A DNA stretch of 64,000 nt from Rhina ancylostomus (Eukaryota), in contig JARFYF010000012.1 of NCBI GenBank assembly GCA_030265395.1, positions 19,910,046 through 19,974,045 on the forward strand. The letters are read 5' to 3'. Positions 53,472 through 64,000 of the stretch are shown piece by piece. Position numbers and translations under genes: made by a program. The notes under the pieces are model-generated. The model was given only the letters and a program-made list of their open reading frames with translations, had not been told where the DNA came from and made no database searches. How positions within the stretch are numbered: position 1 is the stretch's first letter; every line of letters starts with the position of its first letter.

Positions 53472-54551
53472 GGCTTCCTGTCAGTCACATCAATTATTTC
53501 CCTTTATTCCAAGGTGGTGCAGACTGCACTGAACTCAACTAACCTCAAAACTGCACAAAGTCATCCTCCAAACCAATTTACATTCTCCTCTGTTGAAAGT
53601 CAGTAGCCTTCACCAACCACTTGGATTTAACTAACAGAGCACTATGTAGGAACATACAGACAATACACACTAAGAGAATGCACGTGATCAGTTCACATTT
53701 CTTTGTACTATAGAATAATTTTGTTTTATATTTTTTGCATTGTGACCAAGCAATTTCACATTGAAAATCACTGACATGGTAAGAGAAAGTGTGGAATTGT
53801 GGGTGATGGGTATGGAATCAGAACTAGCATCACGCTGAACTTAGCTCTTTACAAACAGCCCAAGCAGAAAGTTTTGGATTGCCTCTTTCCTTCCCCTTCA
53901 TGCACTCGCACTCCAGCTCTTTTTTGTGAAGCTGATCACAACAGCTGTTCTCTTGAGGGCAAAGTTGCACAGCATGCAACATACCCTAGTTAGCATAATA
54001 CCCACAGTACCAACTGCTCCAAGATGGTCCACACAATCCAAGTGTTGTGTCACTGGTCTGCTCTATCATACTTTGTCTGGACTTTCATTTTATGCACACT
54101 GAGTTCATGTGGTTGGTTCTGTGCTGTAGTTGTCAGTTGACAGGTGGGTGCCCAATAACTTTGTGCTGCTATGCTGGGATAAACACATTTGGCAGTGAAT
54201 TTATTAATCTGTTAGCTTGATTGAAGTACCTCATCCTTTCATGAAAAAAACATATGCTTCACAAAATAAGCCAATGATTAAATAATTGTAATTTAAACCT
54301 TTTTTAAAAACCACATGGCATCTCTAATTGTGATCACTTGTGTATTCTCCAAGTGTGTATTGTCTATATGTTCCTACATAGTGCTCTGCTAGTTAAATCC
54401 AGGTGGTTGTTGAAAGCTACCGACTTTCAATAGAGGAGAATGTAAATGGGTTTGGAGGATGACTTTGTGCAGTTTTGAGGTTAGTTGAGTTCGGTGCAGT
54501 CTGCACCACCTTAGAGTAAGGGGAAACAATTGATGTGACTGACAGGAAGCC
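53472..54551. repeat. ~220-bp inverted repeat pair (53472-53690 / 54331-54551) with 640-bp spacer
   Basis: Manual alignment: about 16 substitutions and one 2-nt indel (~92% identity). Confidence 0.95.
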
Positions 54552-57177
54552 AATTCACCAATTTCCCTTGTTCACCAGCATCCCATTCCTTATGATGAGT
54601 TAAACAATCTCCAGCGTCTTCACCATAAGGTCTCCAATGGGATGAATGGCAGATGCCAGTTTGTCCCTAGATGGCACCTACAGTACTCGAACAATGGTCC
54701 TTACCATTCCTCACTTGTTTTGCTTATAAATTGGATTTCTTTTTTTTCATTATGTGTAATGATAGTGCCAAATTGGTCCCCTATTCTCCCCCAAACAATT
54801 GCAAAATTATCTCCAACTATGTGCAAATTATGTTGCTGTGGTGCGATGATACATGATCCACATGGGCCCAGATAGGAATAGCCTCAGGTCAATGCAACTG
54901 GTGCCACTTTTCTGTGCAGCAATTGGAGATGGGTGTCAGCCCTTAAAGGCAAATTCCCCAGGGGAGCAAGACGGCAGAACACATGGAGGAGATGGAAGTT
55001 CCAGGAGAGAAGTAGAGAACTCTCGGATTTTCAGAAAGGGACAAAGGTGATCTAATAATGGAAGTACATGCCCAGAGAGAGGTCCTGGGGAGCCAGGAAA
55101 CCCTTCAGATCTACCACCAAAAGATTGTACCCAGAGTCTGCAAGAAATGATTCTCTCTCTTCTGTTTTGTCTTTGCAGGGTATGAAAAGAGGCTGCCTTT
55201 CCTTCTTCCCCCACCTTTTCCAATCACCAGGAGGCTGCTGTGATTGAAGATGAGGCAATAGAAATGTAGGAGCAAATGGTGGCTGATGAAGATGAGCACA
55301 TAGCCTACCTCATAGCACACCTTCATAAATTTGTACCATAAAGCGTGAGCAAATTAGGTCAGAGGGCTTGTGACCTGTGGAGAGACACCAGGAATTAGTA
55401 GGCTGTAGTTAGACAAAATCTTGGGTATCAAGTGTGGGAGTTGCCAGAGAGGGAGGGGAAAATTCCTCTATAGTCCTATAGGGCAAGGTTCTCAGATAAG
55501 GATCAGGAGGCCTTCACAACAAGGCTGGTGTGGAGGCATACGGAGATGTTTTGCACATTGTCCAGGTGCCTGACTGAATGCAGGAGGTACCAGAGTGTGG
55601 TGTATTTCAATTCAGTGTTTTTGCAGGAAACTGTGCAGACCCAGGACTGTATCGTTTCTACTTCTGGCACGTCACCTATTTCACAATGGTGGAGCCAGAT
55701 CAGCAAGGTAAGGGAGGGTTCTACTGCTGGGCACCCATACTGGACATACAGCCATCCATCTCATGCCTGGGTTTCTGTGGGAATTTATTCTCTGCCCTTG
55801 GGACCCTTGATTCTATCGGGATAGATATCAAGATCAAGGAAACAAATTCAAATGCATGTTCAAATTCTGGCTGTGAAATTTTGATTATATTGGCAAACAT
55901 TGTGAGCTATTTCAGACTTATTTATTGTTGAGTTCTGCATCATAACTGCAAGCAAACATTTATTCAATGTACTTTTATTTTAGCAGNNNNNNNNNNNNNN
56001 NNNNNNNNNNNNNNNNNNNNNNNNNNNNNNNNNNNNNNNNNNNNNNNNNNNNNNNNNNNNNNNNNNNNNNNNNNNNNNNNNNNNNNTTTAGCAGAATTGT
56101 AAGTTTTGCACTGATTTCCATATTTAATCCTCAACCCATTAGGTTCTTTTTCCATACTTCCACTCAAGGTCCTGACTGTTGCTACAGCAAGGAACACAGG
56201 TGCTGTTAACCTTCCTGGAACTCCCTAAATTGACCATTCTTGTGAGTGTGTCAGATCCTCTCATACCATGAGGGGGCTACAGATAAGGCAAAATGTGTCA
56301 AAGTGCTAATTATTTAGCAGAAATTCAGTATGCTGACCTTTACACTTTTTTTAGACTTTCAAATGATAATTAATTAAGCGCAAATGGCTTAATTTGTTCT
56401 GTGTTTTTGTTATAATTACACCAGTGTTAAATTGCATAAGTACTTATAGAACCATGCAAGGAAAATAAATTCCAGATTTATCTGGTCTCTTTCATAAAAC
56501 AGCTTTTGCGTACAAATTTGCAGTAATTGCTGTACTCAGGTGTTTAGTTTCTAATGTGTGTGGAGGCAGTAAGCCATAATTGTTGGTCTTTCACGACTGA
56601 TGGTGCTTCAACCTTGTCTGAGCAGGGCATTGAAGTTAAATGTGTAGGAAACACAAATGATGTCTTTTTGATCGGACAGTTGCTTCAGGCCATCAGACAA
56701 ATCTATCTTCAATGGTTAGGATCTCCTATTCTTGTCACGGACCAACGAATTAAAAAGAGTCTGACCAGTACTTACCTTTTGGTCTAAAAAACTGTCTGGT
56801 AAACATATGCCCACCAGCTATAGCCTCACAGTTGGACAGCAGGCTATCAGCCGAAGACCATTTAGGCACTGTGATTAATCTGATGGAAACAAATACACTG
56901 CTGTTCAGAAAAGTACTGGAGCCTTCCAGTCTCACCCAGGAAAGCTTGTTACTGCTCTTAGATTTTAAGCAATCCTGGCCAAGATAAAAGTGAGAACTCT
57001 GAGTTAACAACTTTGATTAGCTAAGGATCCAACTGAAGCAAGAATCTAGGAAAAACATCCTTGAGATTTGAGGAAATCATTATATCTTCATAAAGACCAA
57101 TGTGCAAAGACAGTAGAAAGATGGGCAATACTTTATGCAGGATTAGAAGGTAAAATGAACCAGCTTGGAGGAAGGTG

Positions 57178-57428
57178 GGTGGCACGGTAGCGTAGTGGTT
57201 ACCATGACGCTATTACAGCACCAGCGACCCAGGTTCGATTCCCGCTGCTGCCTGTAAGGAGTTTGTACGTTCTCCCGTGTCTGCATGGGTTTCCTCCGGG
57301 TGCTTCAGTTTCCTCCCACATTCCAAAGACATATGGGTAGGTTAATTTGGGGTTTAAAATGGGTGGCGTAGACTCGATGGGCCGGAAAGGCCTGTTACCA
57401 CGCTGTAAAATGTAAAAGTAAATAAAAA
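57178..57428 (+). mobile_element. Full-length V-SINE (tRNA head, V domain, CR1-type tail B)
   Basis: ggcacggtagcgtagtgg (A box), ggttcgattcc (B box), V domain, tail gatgggccggaaaggcctgttaccacgctgta. Confidence 0.9.
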
Positions 57429-57879
57429 AGTAGTGAATTCTGAGCTGCATATCCTGTTTAGTGCTGGGACAGCTTACAAAAGGTGTATTCATGCCAAATT
57501 CCAACACAAACTGCTGGATGGGATGAAGGGTGCTGGAATGGTTTTAGAGACTGGTGTCAGAAATAGTGCTGGTCTTTGGATATTTTGTAAAAGAACTTTG
57601 GACATGGAGAATGATATTAAGATCCTGGCTTAACAATAGGGAGGTGCACTCTCAGAGATTGGGGATAAGTGTCAAAGGAAGCTGCAGCCCTGTCTCCTAA
57701 CCTCACTCATTTTATTGCAGCTTCCCAGTTGAAAGCATTAGATTATGGCATCACTTTGTGTACAGAGAAAAAAGTGACAGCAAGAATAAAAACAATGTAA
57801 TATATTTGATGTACAGTATACCAGATAAGGCTTAAAGTTCCTTGGATGGCTGCACTGTAAATATTGAATGAGTCATTAA

Positions 57880-57971
57880 GTGGTACAGAAACAGGCCCTT
57901 TGGCCCACCATGTCCATGCTGCCCATTGTACTTATACTGATCCTATTTGCCCACAAAGCCTTCAATGCCTT
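57880..57971 (-). mobile_element. CR1 LINE 3' tail running into gap
   Basis: gtacagaaacaggccctttggcccacc, same tail type as 61345-61400. Confidence 0.7.
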
Positions 57972-58429
57972 NNNNNNNNNNNNNNNNNNNNNNNNNNNNN
58001 NNNNNNNNNNNNNNNNNNNNNNNNNNNNNNNNNNNNNNNNNNNNNNNNNNNNNNNNNNNNNNNNNNNNNNNNNNNNNNNNNNNNNNNNNNNNNNNNNNNN
58101 NNNNNNNNNNNNNNNNNNNNNNNNNNNNNNNNNNNNNNNNNNNNNNNNNNNNNNNNNNNNNNNNNNNNNNNNNNNNNNNNNNNNNNNNNNNNNNNNNNNN
58201 NNNNNNNNNNNNNNNNNNNNNNNNNNNNNNNNNNNNNNNNNNNNNNNNNNNNNNNNNNNNNNNNNNNNNNNNNNNNNNNNNNNNNNNNNNNNNNNNNNNN
58301 NNNNNNNNNNNNNNNNNNNNNNNNNNNNNNNNNNNNNNNNNNNNNNNNNNNNNNNNNNNNNNNNNNNNNNNNNNNNNNNNNNNNNNNNNNNNNNNNNNNN
58401 NNNNNNNNNNNNNNNNNNNTTCATTAAGA

Positions 58430-61340
58430 ATCAATGAACATTAATGCCAAGGAATCATAAATACTTTTAAATATATCCAATTTTTGTGTGGGCTTTAATC
58501 CATATTTTAACAAATTGCATGAGCAGCACTCTAATTTGCCAACCCAGTCATTGCTTATGAAACCTATCCTTGGGCTGATGGGGGTACCCAAATATTTTTT
58601 AAAAGATCCTGGTGCAATAAAATATAACTCATTACTATTAATGGACCATTTCTTGATGGAATTAAAAACATAAAACCCAAACTTGTAGTTCTCACAAGAA
58701 AAATCTCAAACTTGTTTGAAAATGTTATTGTATGACATTAGTCATATAACCTCACTGGCAAAAGCCAAGTTGTTACAATATATTTTACTTAGAAGCTGCA
58801 GTCCTCCCTATCCAAGGACACAATAAAACATCTATTTCCAAGTTAAATAAAATAAGGGAGAGAAGATCACCCTGTTTCACTTCCCTCAAAATAGGGGTGT
58901 GTCAGATTCTGGCCTTGCCATTTCCAATAAAAGTGGATGGATTAAAATACAGATTCACAATTGGAGTGATGAAGTGGGCAAGACATCCATGTGGCCAAGA
59001 GGTTTTGACCCACAGGGTCAAAGACCTTAGCAAGGTCTATAAAACCATGGCCAGGTCCCTTGTATTCTGATTGGGTCTGGTTTTTCAGATTATTCTGAAT
59101 CAAAGGTCCCAAAGAGCACAGAACAAGTTTCCACCACACCTGAATTTTTGATAACAACCAGAGATGGACACAAAAAATAATTTTGCCAGACATTTAGGCT
59201 GATCACTTCAACCAATCCCTTAGCCAAGATCTTAGTGAACAGCCTGAATCGTGATAGACGCCAATTATCGACGTTTCCAGGTTTATTGGACTGTCTTACT
59301 TTAGAACATGGACACTGCAGCCATTCTTACGATCGGCTGGTATCTTGCTGCACTTCAGCCAAGAACAATAGAGCTATTTTAAAATATTGAAGTCCATCTT
59401 AGCAATCCCACTTGAAGTGATGCTGTCTGGGCTGGCAGTGATATTCTTTAAACCATCAAAGCATAAAATCTCAACTGTGCTAACACTATGTAAAAAACCT
59501 GTTATTGTTACTCTGAGCTAAGCAAGGGCTAAACTTCGCAATGTTGGCTTTATTATTAAAAACTGCAAACCAAGATTTAAAATGGGTCTCTATAATGTCA
59601 ATGGCTAAAGGGCAGATCAGATAGGTTGGTTTGCCCATACTGTCTCACAAGGATCCTTCTATTCTCTTTATACATCTTTTGCACCAACATAAATTCTCCC
59701 TTCTGGTTATCAAATCTCTTCCTTACACTAGAATTAAAAACTTCATTTCTCTGTCATCTCTGGAGTGTCAGTCACTTCTTGGGTCTCACCTTACACTTGT
59801 GTTTCTCAGATATATATCTACAACCCTGGTCAGTAAGCTTTCATGTTTCTTCTCACTGCCAGTATACTTATTAATAGCTAAAATTTTCCCCTTATTGAAT
59901 GGCTGGGTTACAGAAATCCCATCTTTGCTATTTGAACCCACAACAAAACTATTATTAAAGAAACCATTCTTTAGCCATTACACCATTGCCCATGGCTGTC
60001 CTATCAGCGCTAACAATATTCTCTACAACCTCAACTTCATCCTCACTTACAAGGGTGACAGCATAACTAACATCTGTCTTATCCATACCCACCTCAGCTT
60101 CATCCAAAGAAGCACGTCTTCCCTCAAGCACCACATGCCTTTTTATATAGTTGGCCATGCACAATCTTATCGTCCAGGATTGCTAGAGACCTGCTACTGC
60201 CCAACTCACTGGTAATAAAAACACTCAATGTTCTTCTCATCCTCAAATGCAAGGTCTGACTGAAAGAACCCATCCACTTCTTTTTTGATCCAGATGGACA
60301 GAGATTTCCCTATTAACAACACACTCACTCCTACAAGAATTTGCATTAGTACTAGATGGTCTTTTAGAATTTCTCAATACAGGGTGCCTGTGATGTTCTT
60401 GCTGTCTAAGGCTGATCTTAGAAAGAAACAGGATACTGCATTCAGAACAATGGAGAGACCCAGTTCCCTCCAGACCCTAGTCAGTCCCATCCCCACTACT
60501 ATTTATTTATTGCTGATCTCTCCTTTGCATTTCACATAGTGGCAGATGATTGACTGCCATCTACCAATTTTGTCACACCTACCACACTGAGCTTTCATAT
60601 GAACACCAGCACGGAATGTATCAAAATGTTTCTTAAAAGGATCAGAAGCAATAAAACCCTCATTACAAATACTAAACTTAAGATTTTTGACTTGATAACT
60701 GACACTGACTTCCTTTAAAACCTCACTGGTAGAATTACCATTAACTATAGGACCACTATCTTTTAAAAGAGTATCCCCACCTCTTTAAAATGGGCAGTCT
60801 AAAACCAGAATCTAAAATTGGAGACTTTAAGATGACAGAATTACAACCTAATTTTTAAAAATTCCTCAATAAAAACTTTACATCCATCCATAGAAGCAGG
60901 TATTTGGAGCTGACTATTCAAAATGCTAAAAATCAGAACTAAAAAGGACCCAAACTCTCCCAGGGCTTTCCTCTTCATGTGTATCTTCACTCAACAACCT
61001 GGGTTGAGGCACCTGAATAACCCTGGGAACTAAAAATCTTCCAATTAAAATAAAGTCATCCTCTGTGGTTTGTGTTTCCAAAATGATAACCAGCCTAGCA
61101 GGGCTGAAGATGGCCTGTCCTCAGTATCTGCATTTATTACAAGTGGTCCCTGTGGAGGCCTTTTCATTATTTTAGCAGCATTATTTTTCCAGTGGCAACC
61201 CCACCTGGGCATGGAAAGATCATTCACAAGCATTTCTTACTGTCAGACTGTTTAATGTCAGAGCCCAGCAATTTCTAGGAGGTCCACTTAGCCAGTAAAC
61301 TCCATCACCCAGGAGGAAACACATGAAGGTGGGACTGCAC
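58430..61340 (-). mobile_element. Decayed R2 non-LTR retrotransposon, clade A-like (3 ZnF, Myb, RT; 3' RLE end not seen)
   Basis: Colinear minus-strand peptides: degenerate ZnF FSICNEG..KKHFDTFR; CCHC QCGRCDKIGRWQSIICHYVKCKG; C2H2-type CSECSILFLSKISLRQQEHHRHPVLRN; Myb WIKKEVD..AFEDEKNI; TASPDSITSSGIAKMD; WLKCSKIP; DNWR-ITI/RLFTKILAK; DLAMV-IDLAKVFDPVG; VKQGDLLSLILFNL; LAFASE; WSINSNELYFIAPGSFKKYLG; LKPTQKLDIFK. Many stops and frameshifts. Confidence 0.9.
61282..61335 (-). ncRNA. Degenerate HDV-like ribozyme at R2 5' end (P1 5' strand missing)
   Basis: Minus strand GUCCC-ACC-UUCAUGU-GUU-UCCUCCU-GG-GUGA(UGGAGU)UUAC-U-GGCUAA-GUGGAC follows P2/P3/L3/P3'/P1'/GG/P4/J4-2/P2' order. Confidence 0.6.
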
Positions 61341-61342
61341 AA

Positions 61343-61604
61343 TTACACAGAACAGTACAGTACAGAATAGGCCCTTCAGCCCACAATGTTGTGCTGACAT
61401 AGCTATACCTTCAGAATGCCCATATCCCTCTATTTTCCTCTCATTCGTGTGTCCATCCAAGCCCCTCATAAAAGCCCCCAATGAATTTGCCTCCACCACC
61501 CCATCAGGCAACACATTCCAGGCATCCACCACTCCCTCAGTAAAAAAAAACATACCCCTCACATCTGTTCCGAACCTATCCCCTCTCACCTTAAATGCAA
61601 TCCC
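61343..61604 (-). mobile_element. 5'-truncated CR1 LINE 3' end
   Basis: agaacagtacagtacagaataggcccttcagccc tail; ORF 61305-61625 FKVRGDRFGTDVRGMFFFTEGVVDAWNVLPDGVVEA is the CR1 C-terminus. Confidence 0.9.
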
Positions 61605-61749
61605 TTGTTGATGGCATGCAATCATCTGTCACTATGTGAAATGCAAAGGAGGTATCAGCAACAAATAAATAGCAGTGGGGATGGGACTGACTAGGGACTG
61701 GGTCTCTCCATTGTTCTGAATGCAGTGTCCAGTTTCTTTCTGAGATCAG
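61605..61749 (+). repeat. Inverted copy of the R2 zinc-finger segment 60412-60567
   Basis: Reverse complement aligns with about 10 substitutions and an 11-nt deletion. Confidence 0.95.
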
Positions 61750-61959
61750 TAGTGTACCTCCTAAGATACATAGTGTGGCTCACTGTGACTAACATTGGTA
61801 ATCACTGCCTGTTTGGGGGAAAGAGGCCACTGTCCATGCAATCTAACCATGTCGCTGCAAGCAAGTTTTTCATTATACCTGTACCTCACCACAAATGACA
61901 ATTAACTCCATTTGACACTCACCAGTTTTCACTGATTACCTCCTCCCTATTGTTGTGAG

Positions 61960-62350
61960 TGTATCTGCCTCCAAGACCACCTCAGGCAGTGGAGCACACC
62001 GATTCCAACCATTCTATTGAAAAAAACTCCACCTCAGATCCCCTCTAAACCTCCTACCTCTCAACTTATACCCATGACATTGTTTCAGATACTTCCACTG
62101 TGGGAAAACAATTACCACTACCTACCCTGACTAGACCTCTCATAATTCTGTATGCCTCTATCAGGTCACACCTCAGCATCCTTAGCTCCAGGGAAAAACA
62201 AACCCAGCCTACCTAATCTCTCCTTTTAACTGAAATAGCATCCTGGTGAATGTCCTCGGCACCCTCTCCAGTGCAATCACATCCTTCTCATTAGTGCGGC
62301 AACCAGAATGGCACACAATACTCCATCTGTAGCCTAACCAGTGTTTCATA
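61960..62350 (-). mobile_element. CR1 LINE fragment
   Basis: ORF 62209-62427 contains KDVIALERVPRTFTRML. Confidence 0.85.
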
Positions 62351-63339
62351 TCATTGTTCTGAACCCTTGGAGAGATACTGGTGAATGGTGAATTGTGGCT
62401 TAATATCTTAGAATGGAATTTTGCCACACTCCTAAGAATATCATTCTTACCAATTTCATGAACTTGTGTCCAGCAATCAAGTCTTTGGAGAAAGTTGAAT
62501 CTAAGGGGAGATGGGTATATGACTAATCTTCCAAGTTTCTCCAGAATTTGTAGTGCAGCTTGTAGATCAGATTAAAGCATCTTGCGATAGTGCTGATGGC
62601 TGAACAGCTGGTGTACTTTATTAGGTTACTGCCTGCTGAGATTTGTCTCCCACTTTCATTACTCAATCGAGGGTGTGGTCCTAGTTAGATAAGAAAACTT
62701 ACTCTTCTGCATAGGTAGGTTCTGCATAACTGGTTAACCTCCAATGCAGATATAGGTTGGTTCTGACCTCCAGTGCTTAAGATTCCTGCATGCAATTAAA
62801 TGGCTCATTTCCTATCAGAAGGGAATGTGCATTCCAAATGTTACAAATTTCCAAGTATGTTTGGAGGTTTTTAATTATTTTTATGAGTTGGCAAGTCTAT
62901 CAGACAGCTGCTGAACAAAATGTAATTGTCCAAGCCTTGAAGTATTATCACAGCATGACTGCCTGAACTGACAATGTCAAATATGTGCATTGCCTGGAGT
63001 ACTCCTTGCCATGAGTTTTGTGCCTTTTATCTGGTCTGTGTGTTTCTCAGACTGAGCTGACTTCTCTTTCGTTCGCTGCTATAGCTGCATTTTGGGCAAA
63101 AAAGCCTTTCTTCCTTTGCTGCTCCATGCTCCATCAAATTCTCCACCCGGAGCACCCATCTCCACTNNNNNNNNNNNNNNNNNNNNNNNNNNNNNNNNNN
63201 NNNNNNNNNNNNNNNNNNNNNNNNNNNNNNNNNNNNNNNNNNNNNNNNNNNNNNNNNNNNNNNNNNTCCACTAATCCCATTTTATTTTCCCACATTCACA
63301 GCAACTCTTCCCTCTCACACCCCCCCCCCCCCCACAACT

Positions 63340-63520
63340 CCTATACACTGGGGCAATTTACATGACTGATTAACCTATCACCACATCCTTGGAATGTGGG
63401 AGGAAACCAGAACATTCAGAAGAACCTATGCAGTCAGAGAGAGAACGTGCAAACTCCACAGTCGGCATTGGAGGTTAGGATCGAAGCTGGGCCACTGAGG
63501 CAGCAGCTCTCTGTGTCACC
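63340..63520 (-). mobile_element. V-SINE
   Basis: ttggaatgtgggaggaaaccag...gagaacgtgcaaactccac is the reverse V-domain. Confidence 0.8.
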
Positions 63521-64000
63521 CTTTCCTGATTTAATGTTAAATTAAAAAATAACTATTTTTTCCCCACTAATGTTTCGTTTTCAGATGTAGTGGGATTGAT
63601 CTGAGTTTTTAAACTCTGAAAATGATTTAGAAAATGTGCATCAAAGATTACATAAGAAATATAATTTCCTTTGTAGTCTTGCATCACCTGCTACTAGAAT
63701 ATTTATTTTTTTGTATTCACTTGTAAAAGTTATAAAACTGTTTTTAGGACACCTAAATAAGTTGTTTGTATTTTGTTTAATAGTATGATTAAACAAAATG
63801 CTGTACATTATATGAAATAATGGACACATGGTCAGAAATCCAAAATGTTAGCAACTCATATTTTCCTCTCACCCTCACGTAGATCCCAGGTTACATCCAG
63901 GTGTCTGTTGTTTCAGGTTAAAAGTTGCTATGGTTTTAAAACAGTTACTGTTGTATCTTTAGACAAAATATTGCCACTTTTTGCCAAGCAAATAAAAAGC

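Noticed and set aside
55052-55258. ADSGY...GFLAP resembling a Harbinger DDE motif
   Set aside because: Isolated short match with no other transposase motifs nearby.
57178-57250. tRNA gene-like sequence (also at 28750-28820)
   Set aside because: It is the Pol III head of a V-SINE running straight into the V domain; no complete cloverleaf.
59631-60215. 194-aa + strand ORF, initially reminiscent of an APE endonuclease
   Set aside because: It is the antisense shadow of the minus-strand R2 ORF; APE catalytic motifs (QETH, GDFN, SDH) are absent.
1-64000. CRISPR arrays, operons or other prokaryotic systems
   Set aside because: The window is intron-containing vertebrate DNA; no regularly spaced repeat-spacer array was seen.

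Overview
Eukaryotic genomic DNA with many N-gaps. The V-SINE, DeuSINE, CR1 and Penelope repertoire suggests a cartilaginous fish (inference). The first ~24 kb holds five internal coding exons of the spindle-checkpoint WD40 gene BUB3 (+ strand, canonical GT-AG, exon sizes 70/152/159/178/217 nt) and two possible 3' ends; the first coding exon lies upstream of the window. The remaining ~40 kb is gene-free, with TE fossils and candidate conserved non-coding elements. The main hidden feature, absent from the ORF track as a long ORF, is a decayed ~2.9 kb R2 (clade A-like) retrotransposon on the - strand (58430-61340). It retains three zinc fingers, a Myb domain, an RT domain and a degenerate HDV-like ribozyme at its 5' end, and no 28S rDNA is visible nearby. 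Also seen: two long inverted-repeat pairs, decayed hammerhead cores in Penelope tails, and one V-SINE head carrying two different LINE-type tails. All family assignments are from manual motif recognition, not database searches.
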